From positions 52,018,001 through 52,082,000 of the forward strand of contig OZ287757.1 in the NCBI GenBank assembly GCA_965649765.1: a DNA stretch of 64,000 nucleotides. Reading direction: 5' to 3'. This DNA comes from Bispira polyomma (taxonomy: Eukaryota). The position numbers were made by a program, and so were the translations under genes. Shown piece after piece: positions 48,916 to 62,581 of the stretch (positions are counted from its first letter, which is position 1; every line of letters starts with the position of its first letter). The notes below the pieces were generated by a model. The model searched no databases. It saw only the letters and a program-made list of their open reading frames with translations, and had not been told where the DNA came from.

Positions 48916-50479
48916 TTAAAAACGTTAACATTAATATTAAATGACATTGGGTTATAAATACATAGGTTTTGTTTTTCATTGGCTCAAACCAATGGTTTCG
49001 GATAGTTAGGAATAAGATGAGAACTGATAATTTTGTTATAATATTGCATTTCTATAGTATATGTTAGTTTTCTCAAAGTCCCCTTATCCAACATTTCTAA
49101 ATGGCCAATAAAGAAGTTTACAATTCAAAGAGGTTTTGGAACACTAAATTCTCTATCACAATTATTTACATATTTTCCAATAACACAATGCTTTTATAGA
49201 AAGTATACATGCAAATTTAGTTCTTATTATAAATGCACACATAAGGCGCAGTATTTGGAAAGTAAGAGTCATTTATTAATTTTCCAAGTTCAAATCAGAT
49301 TTCAAGTTTTGGCTTTCTTCATCTTTTTTTCTCAGCAGACGACAATTGACATGGGGAGGGGGCGGGAACACTTGATGTCGTGCACACTAAGTAGTAAAGA
49401 AGTGGCTTTGTGGCCGTGTGGAGAGAAGCTTTCTCTCCTCTCCCGTTGGTGGATTTTCTACACACTGTCCAACCAATCAGAAAGCAGAAGACTGTTTTTG
49501 GAGTTAATGCTACCCTGACTGGTACACAAAGTGTGGGTGTGTGTGTGTTTGTGTCACCACACATTATATGGTGTGTGTTAATGTAAAGTGTTTGGTGACA
49601 ATGTAACCAGAAGGACTAGGATTCGTGGCAGGTGGTTATTGTGACCTTTTTGGAGGGCTTTCTGTCTTTTCTCAGTCTACACAGAGAGATAGATATATAT
49701 ACTTCAACAAGTGGATTATCGGGCAGTTCTACATGATTACATAGGAAACTGCCACCGCTACAATAGGACGTCCATATTAAGTGTGAGAGGGAGTTCGTGG
49801 ACATAAATTCTAAAAAAAAACAACACTGGGGTCTCTTTTCTGAAAAAAGTCCATATGCTATTATGGAAGCAACCTCTCTGGATACATAATCTGGGATAGC
49901 AAATGACTGTATATATAGTTTTAACTATATATAATTATATTGCAAATTGTTTATACAACTTTGGAAAACTATTGAGATTGTAAATACATTGACTTATGCC
50001 ATGGAGGATGGATTGAATATATACATAGATGTATGTGTAAATTTAACACATAAGATTTGTTTTAGTGCATTAAAAGAGAACTGGTAAATTACACCTTTAA
50101 ATACTGTTTTTTGGCTAATCATCAAAATATCTGACTTGATGAAACTAATGAGGGTACTTTACAAACTACACAACAGGCGAAAAACAATTTATCATTAACA
50201 AGGAGAGTTTTTGGAGAAGTTAAAGAAAAAAGGGAGAACTATTTTTTTTTAATTTTTGGTCAAAGGACGGAGTAGAGGGAATTCACCTTACGGATTTTCA
50301 TTGAGTGAGCTTATTGGATTAGTTTGAAGAGACACAACTGCCATCTTTCACAGCTCTCTGCACATTGCACCCAGTCACACATTGTTTGGTTGTTGTTCAC
50401 TACAGCTTATAATGCAAGAAAGGTAGATAGAAAAGAAAAAAAAAAATAACAGAAATCTATAACTGCATCTTGTTGACAG

Positions 50480-51040
50480 AGTTAGACCTTTTTACATTAA
50501 CTTAATTAAATCCCTCTAATGGAATATTGATACCTTCACGCCTTAGTGAGCCCAAAGAATTCTTAATTATTATATTCCTCACCACCCGAAAGGAAGGGAA
50601 GCAAAACGAGGAGTGAGGAGAAGGGGTTGTTTGAGGTGAAGAGAACTGCTGCTAATTTAATTTGGTCAATAGGTTAGCCATTGGGTACAAATTAACAGGA
50701 TGGTTTAACAGTCCAGTTCACCTTTACAAGACTACAACACTACTCTATTATAACAGAGGTGTGTGTGTGTGTGTGTGACGTCAGCATATCACGTGTGTGT
50801 GTGCAGCCACAAGCCAGAGCAACATCCAGTGAGTCACCATATATCAGATACCAAATCAACCTTAGATGTCCTTCAAAGAATCTGGTACAACGCTGACAGC
50901 ATTGTTTATATCAATTGGATTTTTCTCTTCTTCAGGATTTTCTTTTTGTTGGTAATGGTCGTGCTAACGGATGTGACGTCATAACTCTTCATAACAAAAT
51001 TTATCCCCCAAATGCGTATGCTCGCCGCTGACGTCATCAC
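50480..51040 (+). promoter_or_regulatory. Arx proximal promoter / 5' UTR region with three CRE palindromes and an E-box
   Basis: TGACGTCA at 50776-50783, 50974-50981 and 51029-51036; CACGTG at 50790-50795; TAACTTAATTA at 50498-50508; (GT)n tract. Confidence 0.5.
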
Positions 51041-51168
51041 CATGAACAAGATGGACCTCAGCACGAAGAAGCGACGTTACGACATTGAAAGTCTGATCGG
51101 AAGCTGTAGTGAGAGCAAGGCAACGGAGGGAGACCTGACTACTGATCGACTGTCTGAATCTGGGGGAT
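51012..51168 (+). CDS. Arx: Aristaless/Arx first coding exon with eh1/octapeptide (YDIESLIG)
   Basis: In-frame TAA at 50982 upstream; ATGs at 51012, 51018, 51042 and 51051 (true start uncertain); gtaagt donor in phase 1, compatible with the 62582 exon. Confidence 0.8.
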
Positions 51169-51219
51169 GTAAGTATATACATATTGTATTGTATTATGGA
51201 TTATTAACGTACCTTATTG

Positions 51220-51500
51220 ATGCGCTGCATCATCTAAAGTGCAACACCATAATCGGTTAACCAATAGAGAAGTCTGAAAACATAGCCAAGGTTGTAACAA
51301 AGGATGTGTGGGTGTACAGGTGAGGGAACTAAGGGGATTTTAAGAGGTGTTTTTTAAGCTTTTTCCTGAAACCAGAAAGTGTTTCAAGTGATCGAAGCTC
51401 AACAGGATAACTGGCTTACATCGTTGGGACAGCAACAGAGAAAGCTCTAGATCCAGCCCGTTTGGTAGATTTTGGTAGGAAACAGAAAATCTCTTTCCCC
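51220..51500 (-). mobile_element. L2/CR1-type LINE 3' fragment (family La)
   Basis: Colinear with 35505-35830. Confidence 0.6.
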
Positions 51501-52765
51501 TTTTATGGTTATATCAATGAAAATATACAATATTCTAACATGACACGACTGTGTCGGCGATTCTCATTGGCGGAAAGCCATAGATAAAAATACACATGGA
51601 AATAGACCAATTTTGTCTGTAGTAGGATATTCCGTCATGCACAGTGAATATAATTCCTTCAGTAACGTTCTTTTTGCAATAAATACAGCAGGAATTAAGT
51701 AATTATTAAAAATTTTCATGCTAAAATCGTAATAACACATTTCAAACCCTTGCTTTCGCATTCCTACGCCTCCAATCATAGTACCGTATATTATGTGTTA
51801 ATCCTCAAGTAAAATTACCCGTGTATTAAAAAAGTTATATAATAAAAGAAGATTAACAACACAATGCGAGCCCGGTAGGTACCTATAAGAATAAAGATAG
51901 CTCAAATCTGACCACATATTTGAGTTCCTCGCTGAAAGCTATTTTAAAACAAATGGTGTCTGGATTGTCCCACCTTTATGGAATTTTATATATGTGTGTT
52001 TAAGTTGACATTGAATTTGTATCTCAAAATACATATATATGTATCTTACTGTATACACTTTATGTACGAGAAAGATACGCTAAAAACCGACTACATGTCT
52101 CTGACAAAAGTAAACACTAGACTGCATATTTATTTGAATTCAGCACTGAATAGCCACAAGATGAGCTGGTTTCCATATTTACAAGGAACTTTCATATAAC
52201 CTTCATATTTGACTTGAGAGCCTTGTATACAGGTTCAAGGTGGGCAATATAAAACAAACCTTATAGTTTGAGTTTAGTAGGGTAAATACTAAACTCTCAA
52301 AAAGATCATATATGGATTAACATCCTCCAGGTTCTTTAGCCTGCCGCTGGATAGAGATGATATGCCATAAGAGTTTCAATATTTCGTCTGGATTTTTTTT
52401 TAAAATATTCAAATTCCTGTTGGTATGACATGTGTCATGTGAAATTCTGCTGTTTCACCGAAGGAGAAAGCTATGTATTCAAATTCACATACACCCCCTC
52501 CCTAATTCCATCCTTGTACACCGTCACATTCTTTATTATGACCTGGCTCCATTGTTTTGACTTCTCTATTGGTTAACTGATTCTGTTGTAAATAAATATT
52601 CATTGATTTAAATATACAGTAGAACCTCTATTTTACAGACATCTTGTGAGAGTGAGATTTGTTTGGATAGTAGAAGGTCTGTAAAATAGAAGTGGCATTT
52701 AAGTATGAAACACAGCAATAAATAAGTTTGGGAGAGTGAAATTGAGTCCGTAAAATGGAATATTT

Positions 52766-52901
52766 NNNNNNNNNNNNNNNNNNNNNNNNNNNNNNNNNNN
52801 NNNNNNNNNNNNNNNNNNNNNNNNNNNNNNNNNNNNNNNNNNNNNNNNNNNNNNNNNNNNNNNNNNNNNNNNNNNNNNNNNNNNNNNNNNNNNNNNNNNN
52901 N
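52766..52901. other. Assembly gap (136 N)
   Basis: Run of N, starting inside an M1 MITE (52617-52765). Confidence 1.
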
Positions 52902-53254
52902 TTTGTGTTATCTTTTAGTTTGTATTTTTGTCCGCTATTTAAAAAAATTATAGTATTTCCTAGATTGGGCATTTATTACATGCTTGAACCGTGAGTGTAG
53001 TGATTTGTCACCAAATTGATGGAAAACCGTAATACAGTTATGTCAAAAGTAAGTTTTCAAACTCTGTCAAAGGGGGAAGGGAGGGGGCGAGGGGGGGGGG
53101 GGGGGGCTCATTGGTGTTAGTTTATAACACGCTAACCTCCCACCTCTGCAGTCATTGGTTCGAATCTCAGACCCCCTTCTCAGCTTCCTATACAATTAAA
53201 ATATATTTTTGATGTTATATAATAAGATTTTATTATATACCTGTGGAAATCAAA

Positions 53255-53535
53255 GTGAGGAAGTGCTAGTGGCAAGAGTGTCTCACTTTGGAGCCAAGGG
53301 TTCCGGTTCTATCTTTGCTGCTCGTCTGGTGATTGTACCTTTGGACAAGGTGCTTTACACAAAGTTGTCCCCCTGTACCCAGGTGTATAAATGTGTACCT
53401 GACCACTAACGGGTGTAAGTGTGTGTGCCGTATGTGGCAGCATGGCTACTATGCTTCCTGAGGGAGCTGAGAGTGATTAATTGATTGACAAGTGGAAGAA
53501 CCCAGACTAGGGGTGTAAATTGTAAAGTCGGATTA
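53255..53535 (+). mobile_element. Old tRNA-derived SINE with a Deu/Nin-like central domain
   Basis: CTAGTGG..GGTTC head, then ..TTGGACAAGGTGCTTTAC...ACCCAGGTGTATAAATGTGTACC, resembling the Deu/Nin domain as I recall it. Confidence 0.55.
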
Positions 53536-56439
53536 TTTTACAATCCTTGCACATGCATTTCTAATAATATAGTAATAATAGGACGCACATCTGCAAAGGT
53601 GCCACATTTTACCTACCAAAAGTGAAAACTTGTAAAAACTAAAATACTGTTTTTTTTATATTTTAGACATTGTATCTGAAAGTAGATCCTTTCTTTCTGT
53701 CAAATTGGGGATATTATTTTTTTGGTATATAAAAATATATATACTATGTCCATTAATTCAACTCAAAAAGCAGGAAAGCTCTAGCACTTTCTATAAAGTT
53801 AGTAAATAACAGTATTGTAATGTATTTTAGTATATATTGTCCACAGTAAAATAAGTACATATTAGATAACAATATACCAGAACCCTATATAGATATAGAT
53901 ATCAATGTGGATTTTTTTACCTTTAGTTTTTATTGTACAACCATAATGTGAATTGAATTTATAGATATATTCTAAGTGACCCCTTTTGTGTGGATGAACA
54001 AACGAAAACTATTTGATATTGTTAAAATCCACTTAAAGCCCATAATTATGTCCAACAAAATAGAATCGTTTCAATTTCCCCCGACTGAGATTTTTTTCTG
54101 TAATTCTAATTAACAATGAGCAATTGGGTTATTAAGTAAGGCTTATTCCTTTTTTTCCTATATAAGAGACAAAACCTGTACATAATAATAAGATAAATTG
54201 ATTAAATTGGTTCAACTAACAACTATTGTGATCACTTCACTGAACCAACTTTTAATTTTTTTTTAACTTCTATTTTTAACCTTCTACTTACATTCTTATT
54301 TATAGATATTTTAAGGTGACTCACAAGTTATTGTGGATAAAAAATATATATTGTGATTTCTGTAATAACCACTTGCTAATAATTACTGGCCACTTACCCC
54401 CATCAGTTTGAAATCTAGTCGTTCCGACATGTGGGAAAGTTTGTCAGGTACTTGACCGTAGGCTGGTGGTTTACAAAGTCGCTTTAGCACTGGTTTCTTC
54501 CACCATGAAATCTGGCTGTCGTGATGTGACATAAGCTTGTCAAAGTGAAAACTCAATTCAAGTTCCTGGTCAAAGTTTTCTCTTCCATTTAGGAATACAT
54601 GTATATGGAATAATGACTCTTGTTTTAAGATGTTAATACTTCATGTGGTAACCAAAACAAATCACCAGCAAATGTATTAAGGTAAGGGAATGACAGTTAT
54701 TAGAGCTGGTTGGTTGTTACTTGGGGACAGTCAAGAAACTGTGAAAATACTGCCCAGAATACCATTCAATATGTATATAAATGTGCTGAGTATGACATTC
54801 AAAACAAAACTATACCATTTTTTTAGAACATGCGTGTAGATGTGAACTCATTTTCATATCTTCCCCTTGGTAAGGTCACCTTAAAAATGGGATTTCAGTG
54901 TAATCCTGTCAAACCAGATGTCTCATTTTAAATTGTAGGAAGGGGAAAAAAAGACATACTGATGTATTTTTCTTTACTTGAAAAAAATACATATATTTGA
55001 TAAAAATACTTTCAATTTGATGATAGCTTTGCATGGGATGGTGTTACCTTGCAGAAAAAGTTCACCTTCTTAATTAACAACGGGAATGGTCCTACCTGAC
55101 ATTCCTTGTGTCACAGATTAAAACCCCAACCTAATTGTTAAATGATGCCTTCTCTCCAGAACTGTCACGTGGGTGTCAGCTGCTCTTTTTGATGTCCACA
55201 TTTTTGCTCATTCATCAAGTAAGAATTTTTGAATTATGAGTACCATTTAATTTTCTAGCGCCTTAAGAATTGGATATGTATAATAAAAAAAAATTAGGCT
55301 AATAAATTACAAAATTTTTCGAAATTACAATGTAAAAAATTCATTATGGCTGAAAAATTTATTTACATATATATCATCGTTGATTATTCTTCGAACAACG
55401 CTTTTAACCCAAATTGTTCCTTTCATGTAACAGCATACAGAAATGTTGGACTTGTCTTAAGTAAAAAGTAATTTTCAACGGATATTTATTTTGTCAACCG
55501 CTTTATATTACAGACAAGATAATCTTCTATAGTTCTAATATAAAATGTGACACATCTTGTATGTATTGTGTAAAATGAAGTGTGTACAGAAGGAATTTCT
55601 TTAACTGTACGCCACCAAAGCCATGACTTTGTCATTTAAACATGATATTTAAATACACAGCATACCTAACAATACAGTGTCGAATGACCAAATGGGCGAA
55701 CATTTAAGATTTTTTCCCAATTTTAGCAAAACGTCTTAGTACAAACCTCCTCTACACCTACACCTTGCGTCTGTCCTGTCACCGATGTGTTGAATTACTG
55801 ATAATATGCACGGAGAAGAATAGTGATTTCTATTTTCTGAAAAAAAAACCCATTTTTTTACAAGAAATTAAATAAGAAGGGCTACTATTTATGATGCTAC
55901 AATTTCAACCTTTGAGATTTTTGATCAACTACAATAAAGGGATCTTTTTGTTGTTATTTTTTCAGTCCATGTTTAGCCTTGTGGAAGGCTAGGTATATTC
56001 ATCTCCATATAAAAATCTCTGTGTTCACTTCCAGGCTATTATCACTTGTGTTTTTTTTTGTAATGAACCAGTATAGAATGTAGAAAGCCCTGTTAATTAA
56101 CTGCATTCACACCTCAGCTAACACCCCTTTACCACCCCCCACCAACACCCCCCCCCCTGCAACTCTGTCCATTAAAACACTTTTCTGTCGTCCATATAAA
56201 CCCTTCCATCCAGGCTGGAAAAAAACTACTGTATTAGTACAAAATTTTATTGTAATTACTTGTTATTAGTTTCACTTTTGTTTTAGTAAAAAATAAAACA
56301 ACTCAAAATCCAAAATATAAAATTCAAATATTTATTATTAATTTTCAGTTTTAATTATTAATTTTCACTATGTCCGAATTATTTCTTTAGCTACTTCATG
56401 AAACATAGTCTGTAAAAGAAGGCTGCTTTATGTATGTGG

Positions 56440-56878
56440 GCGTTTTCATGCAGGCAACTTTTCTGAGGTGACCAGCGACGTATAACAGGCAATTTTCAAT
56501 TTTTATGTTTATATACAATTATTTGAGAAAAATAGATACCTGTATTTAAACCTGAATATCTTAGCCATTTCCCAACCGATTTTGATGCAACAAAAAGCAC
56601 AATATACCCTTTCTCACAATATAAGCTTTCTCACCATATTTTCATAAAATTTATATCTTCAGTAATTTTTGAGTTATTTAAAATAAAACGGCAATGTTTA
56701 CAAGGCGATGGGCAATGCCACACGATTTTTTTCGCTCCTAGTACCGAAAAAATCGCCTGGCATTGCCTGTCGCCTATCGGCGATGCTCACATGGAAACAC
56801 TTAGTTATGAAAATGAAACTAATAGAATTGCCGTCGGCCGTCGCCTGATCGCCTCAGAAAGTTGCCTGCATGGAAAGG
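56440..56878. mobile_element. TIR element family M2
   Basis: TTTCATGCAGGCAACTTTTCTGAGGTGA / TCGCCTCAGAAAGTTGCCTGCATGGAAA inverted ends. Confidence 0.75.
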
Positions 56879-58336
56879 TTCACTAAGTCTATTTTACACC
56901 ATAACACTTTTGCGGGTCTATTCCGGTTTCGAGTGACACTCCGGGGTTTAGTAGTAACCATTTTGCATATCAATTTGACCTACTTTCTAATTAGGTCAGC
57001 TATGATGGGTTCAATAATCTTAGAAGAAAAAAAAGTGTTTAGCTTTTTTCAATGTAAACCACTTTGGTATTTCTACATCAATGAATTGTTTAATTTTTCT
57101 TATGGAATAAACTTCTATCTGGACCACCTATATATAAATTATAAATATGAGACCTATAATATAACCACAATGAAACAAGATATATACGTTTTCATGAATG
57201 TTATCAATAAATCCGCACCCCCTAAATGGTTTGTTCATCTTAGACCCGTCATACCAAAATAGCGGTGCACAATTAACGCTCACGTTATTAGAGCTTGAGT
57301 GTCAGACTAAAAAAAATAGGCAAAATTAATTTATAGTGTAAGTTTCCATTAATACAGTATTTGTCAGCCAGCTTAAAGGTGGTCCCTCTTTAACATTTAG
57401 AAGCATTTTTTCACTCCTGTCATCTCTATTCAGTTCTAAATCCCCCCACTCCATTTTTTGTGCGGTCTTTTTGGCCATCGATTAGTCCAATTACATCTTC
57501 AAACGGATACAAAGGATATTTGTTAACAACTCTTGTCATCCTGTTTGGCTGCAGGGGCTGTTATCGAGTGGTAGGGGGGGTGGGGGGGGCTTGGTTTTTG
57601 GTATTATTATATTGGCAGGAGGTGTGTGTATGTGTAAAACTGGAGGTACAATCTCCCCCGCCTCCCCATTACTTCCCAAACCCTATTCCTGCCCCACACA
57701 CTGATCCGACGTTTCTATGTCTCAGATATATATTGTCTAAGTGGGGCGATCTTTTTAAAATCCAAATACTAAAGGGGTTATATACACCGCTGACTGCACC
57801 ACTGCAGGGGACGTCACAGCACAACATTACCATGTACATCAAACACGACACAGCACTACATAATCCATAATAAATAAAAAACATCCTGCTGTTTTGCTGT
57901 ATATTCACATCATATGGATGCTGTACAAAATACGCAACAACACGACCGGTTTTTTTAAAATAGTTGTCTCCTAGTTCAGCTGTCAGCAGAAGCTTTCAGA
58001 TTTTGATTTCGATCAGGGAACAAAAAAATAATTTGGCACATCTAGCAGATTTTTAACCTTATAAAATCGGCTGATGTCTGGATCGGTGTCGTGTAGGGCT
58101 TCACTTCATGTCACAGATGCTGACGTCAGCCAATTTTATATGGGCCAATCAGATAATATGCTTTGTCAGATGTCGGACAACTTATGCTTTCATAAAAATA
58201 ATCTTTCTGTGTGTAACATTTCATCGAAATCACACTTTGCAAAGACATGTTCCACTTTTGTTGATTGTTTAAAAACCTGAAGCTTCTGACGACATCTGAT
58301 GACGTATGACAGATGCAATTGCCTACAACAGTAAAA

Positions 58337-58688
58337 GGCCTTACAGACCGCCGACTACACGACACGACATGGCAAGAAAATAGAAATAAGACAATATATA
58401 TTGGTTATGCAGACTGCATCCCTGCACCACACTACACTTCAATTGAACTTTGGAGAAATCTCTAAAACAATATGTCATCACATATATTGATTAATTCTTC
58501 TATTGTCTTATACTCCCTTCCCCCAACCATTCCCATGGGTGTGAGGATGTATACTTTGTATGGATTTTTGTAGTGCTCTGTCGTGGTTGGTGTGAACATA
58601 ACTGTTGTGCAGTAACGTGTCATCCCCTGTAGTGTGTCATGCCTTTTAGTGTAGTGTCGTGACGTGTAGTCGGCGGTTTGTAAAACCC
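58337..58688. mobile_element. ~350-bp MITE (PIF/Harbinger-like)
   Basis: TTACAGACCGCCGACTACACGACACGACA / TGTCGTGACGTGTAGTCGGCGGTTTGTAA inverted ends. Confidence 0.7.
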
Positions 58689-59433
58689 TTAAGGGATGAA
58701 AAAAGGTCAGCCGATGACGGCTGATATATATCTGATCACATGGAAGCATAGGCTAACTTTTCTACCAAAGCCATCATAAACACATAATACAGAGGTAGAT
58801 GGACCGGGTAGTCTTTCTTGGGAGCTTTAGTTTCTGTAGCATCTAATCTAACTTTTATAGTGCTTATCTCTGTGCTAGCAGATTCTAAGGCGTATGAGAC
58901 AAATCATTTTGACAATTTCTTATAGCCATTGGATGTACATTGATTGTGACCATGGAGAGGCCGGAAAATGTCTTTTTACATTGATGAAGTCCTAAAATTT
59001 GTAGTGAATTATTAATAAATATAACTACAAGAGTCAGTAAATATAGTGCATTCCTCCGCCAAAGTTCTATAACAAGTGACAGCCCTTCCAGTTGGATCTA
59101 GTCCAAATTCGAATGGATGCTAGCCAATACCCAATCCTTCAACAAAAATTTGCATCTTGAATCGGTTCAGTCACTTATTTGCATTATTTTGGTGTGAAAT
59201 CAAACAGACCAATAAAACCGGATGAAAGCAAAACTTCTATGGCGCAGGAGGTAACAAGCCAGAATCGCGATGCCAAATTTCCAATCAAAATCTCGTATGT
59301 TTGCAAGTATATCTCTTTTTGAGTAAAAGCAATAGTTTACGTCAATTTCAGTGAATATTCTGCATTTAACGTTGAAATTAGTTGGGTTGCAGCCTTTACC
59401 TTTGTCCAGCCTGCCTTTTTTTAACGGCTATTG

Positions 59434-59671
59434 GGGGGCCGCGGTGGCCTAGTGGTTAGCAAGCAGTGCGCTTCACAATCACTAGTCTCTCACCTCTGGG
59501 ATCGGCTGGCGTGGGTTCGACTCCTGTCGATGCCTATGTGGGAAAGGTGGTAGTTCCTTACTGTGGGCCGCTGGTTTCAGTGTAGAACCTTGATCAACTG
59601 TATACAGTGTTTCCTCCAGCATTCCAACTATCCGTCCCAACATAACCTACTAAAAGGTACTAGAGTGGACG
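59434..59671 (+). mobile_element. SINE family A copy lacking its 3' tail
   Basis: Intact A/B boxes; TSD acggctattg at 59424-59433 / 59669-59678. Confidence 0.88.
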
Positions 59672-62581
59672 GCTATTGTTTTTTGTTGAAAACTAGAGCC
59701 AAGGCCAGTCTAACTTAAGCTGTTATACATCTGCATTACTCAAAACAAAAGTTCACATAGCATTTAGAGGTGGGGGGGGGGGGGGGGGGTTGGGGGTGGT
59801 AAGCCCATTGATTTCTCCAGTCAGGCATGCCGCATTACTCTCACTGAGTACAATGTATCTACCCGGGGGTAAATAAACCCTCTCCCCCCCCCACATCCCC
59901 CATCTCATAGAGACAAGTTGTGGGGAGATGCCCATAATAACTGCTCGAATCAAGCCCCCACTCCCCATGGTCAATTTCCTGTGACAACAAAGGAAAAAAA
60001 AATGACGGTGTTAATTTAATATAAAGATGATACCCCTCCTACACCCACCCCCATCTATTGATTTTTGATGGAGGGAGGGTGGGGGGTGATGGGGAACTAT
60101 TGCATCGATCGCCGCATCAGTGGATAATTAAAACTAATTCCGAAACAACAATATAATCAGTTTTCTAAACAATTACCTTCGATTTGCCACAGGAAAAGCT
60201 ACTAGGCAGGGGGGCCAAGTGTGTAGTCGAACGTTTCAAACATCGTGTCTGCCTGATTAGGAAGAAAATTAGAATTCAATAGCCCAGCAGGAGATAAAAC
60301 ACCTTTTTTGCTAATGGAGAGATAAAAACAAGTTGTACCCAATTGCCGAGGAATTTTTTTTATTGTTGTGAGTATGTTTTGTGCTCCCACAAGGTTCCCC
60401 CCTCCCTTCCATTTCCATCTCTCCCCCCACCCTAACACTAAATAATAACAGACAGCATAAAGCATTAACACGCCTCCGAAAGTCCTTTACAAGAATTAAA
60501 TGGATTCTCGTATTCCATCAATAGGTCTAAATTGAATTCAGCACTTCTGGGGGTAATGTAATATATATCTGGAACAATGCTGGTTAAATGTCACAAGAGA
60601 GGGTAAGGTGGAAGTTTCAAATGAGCACAGACTAAGGGTACCAGTTTTATTGGGATGTATAGAGATACAGAGGGTTGGTGACAGGATTAGAACATGGTGG
60701 GTTTCCGGGTAGGAAGGAATGGTAGGTTAGGCATTTGGAATGTTATATACAAAATCTCCAGGGTATGGGAGGAGTGGGGGGGGGGTCCTTAAGGGGGTGG
60801 GATTTTATTAAGGGGAGCAGGATTAAGTGGTCTATTAAATAAATATACCTACAACAACTTAAAACAATATGGTTTACATCGGGATAATGTGGTGTGGTTT
60901 TTTTTTCCCATTTTAGCTTGATTTTTTAAAAATAACTTTTAAGATTTATATTATAACTGAATTTGTTTTTTTTTTAATTTTTTACGTTATTTTATATCAG
61001 ACACTTAGGTTTAATATGTTAAAAAATACAGATGGAGTCTCCTAATTAAAGCAGTAAACCATGTTCAGTTTTGGTTAAATGTGTTGCATTGCAAAATGTA
61101 AAGGGGTGTTATATAACACATCCATACAAGTCTCCATTTCCTACCCATTTAGAAGTAATGTGGTCATACACAAGTATAGAAGTCACATACAAATTTATTC
61201 TTGGTTCTGATAGCACGTGACAAAGGCCTAGCAGACTAAAGCTGCTTGGAAGTCGGATCTAGTATATTGTTATTTTAAATATCTGATTTTACACATTTAA
61301 TGCTTATATTATATTAATGATGTATTTGTACGTTTAACCTATTTTACATGTAAACTCTCTCGTATGCCACGAGTGGCTGACTAGGTCTAGCATTTTATAA
61401 ATTGTATTATGTGTTTATATTTACCAGGTGAGAGTTTAATAAAAAATCTATCTATCTATCTACAAAAGTTACACATAAGGGCATGATTACATGTATTAGT
61501 TTTGTACACCATAAATGTCTTAGGAGTATATTACTTATTTAACATGTGTCAAATGATTTGGCTTGATATGTACCTCAAAGCAAGTTTTCTACTTTTCTTT
61601 TTTGATACATATATAATAATGACTAGTTTTACCACAAGAGTACCAGTAGATAGATAGGCTACAACTGGCCAGGTTGTTCAACATAGTGATGATCTGGTAA
61701 AATATTAAATTATATGGTAATTGAATAATAAATTAAATACAACTTTTTTAATATATGGTAATAAATGAAACGACTGTTCACAGTTGACAGACTTATCCAC
61801 AATATAAGTCCAGAAAATCTAACCAGACACCCAATATACAAACACTTTGGCTATGCAAGTAGTTTAGCTTCTGCAGTAGATCATGTTCAATTATAGTCAT
61901 GGCAGCTCTTCAAAAATATCTATTGTGTCTTATCTATGTCACCTTTTTATTTGATTATTATATTACCACTAGTACCACTACTAACAGTACTTGGCAGTGT
62001 ATCATGGTAGAAAAAAGGTGGCCAACAAAAACAAATATGTTAACTGTTGCCTGCTGGCATATGTGACATTTATTAAATCATCATTCTCTCATCACACAGA
62101 CTAGAGTAGCCAAATTGAATTAAGGTGTGGAAGTAGGCCGGTGGAGAAATAAATGTCCAAAAAAAAATTATACCTATGAATGGTAGTACAAAAACAGTTT
62201 GTATCATTGTTTTTTTAGATGCAGCCTCATATTGTTTTCTTTCTGAAAAAGGCGCTGTTTCTTTTTTAAAAGACAATTCTTGTTTTATAGTTTTTCATAT
62301 GCTGCACCCAATTCATGGAATTACCTACCACAATATATTAGATGCGCACCTTCTCTTTCAACTTTTAGAAGACAAGCTGAAGATACATCTCTATCAAAAA
62401 TCTTATCCCTTCTGACACGGTCTTAGCATCACTGACTCCCTCTCTTGTAACGACCCTTTTCCTGTCCGCCACAATATGATTACTGAATAATGATTTTGTT
62501 TGTTGCACCTTAGAATTCGCTAGTACACTAAGCACCATTATGGAATTAATTAGATTATAGATCCTGTCTTATCTATTTCAG

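Noticed and set aside
28740-51011. Additional protein-coding gene or autonomous transposon between POLA1 and Arx
   Set aside because: No GC-rich spliceable exons, RT or transposase ORFs seen; small exons or lncRNAs cannot be excluded by eye.
52628-52994. ORFs spanning the N run
   Set aside because: Artefacts of the assembly gap.
56870-57870. 130-aa and 136-aa ORFs in Arx intron 1
   Set aside because: Intron-like composition, no recognisable domain or splice support; exons 1 and 2 already join in frame.
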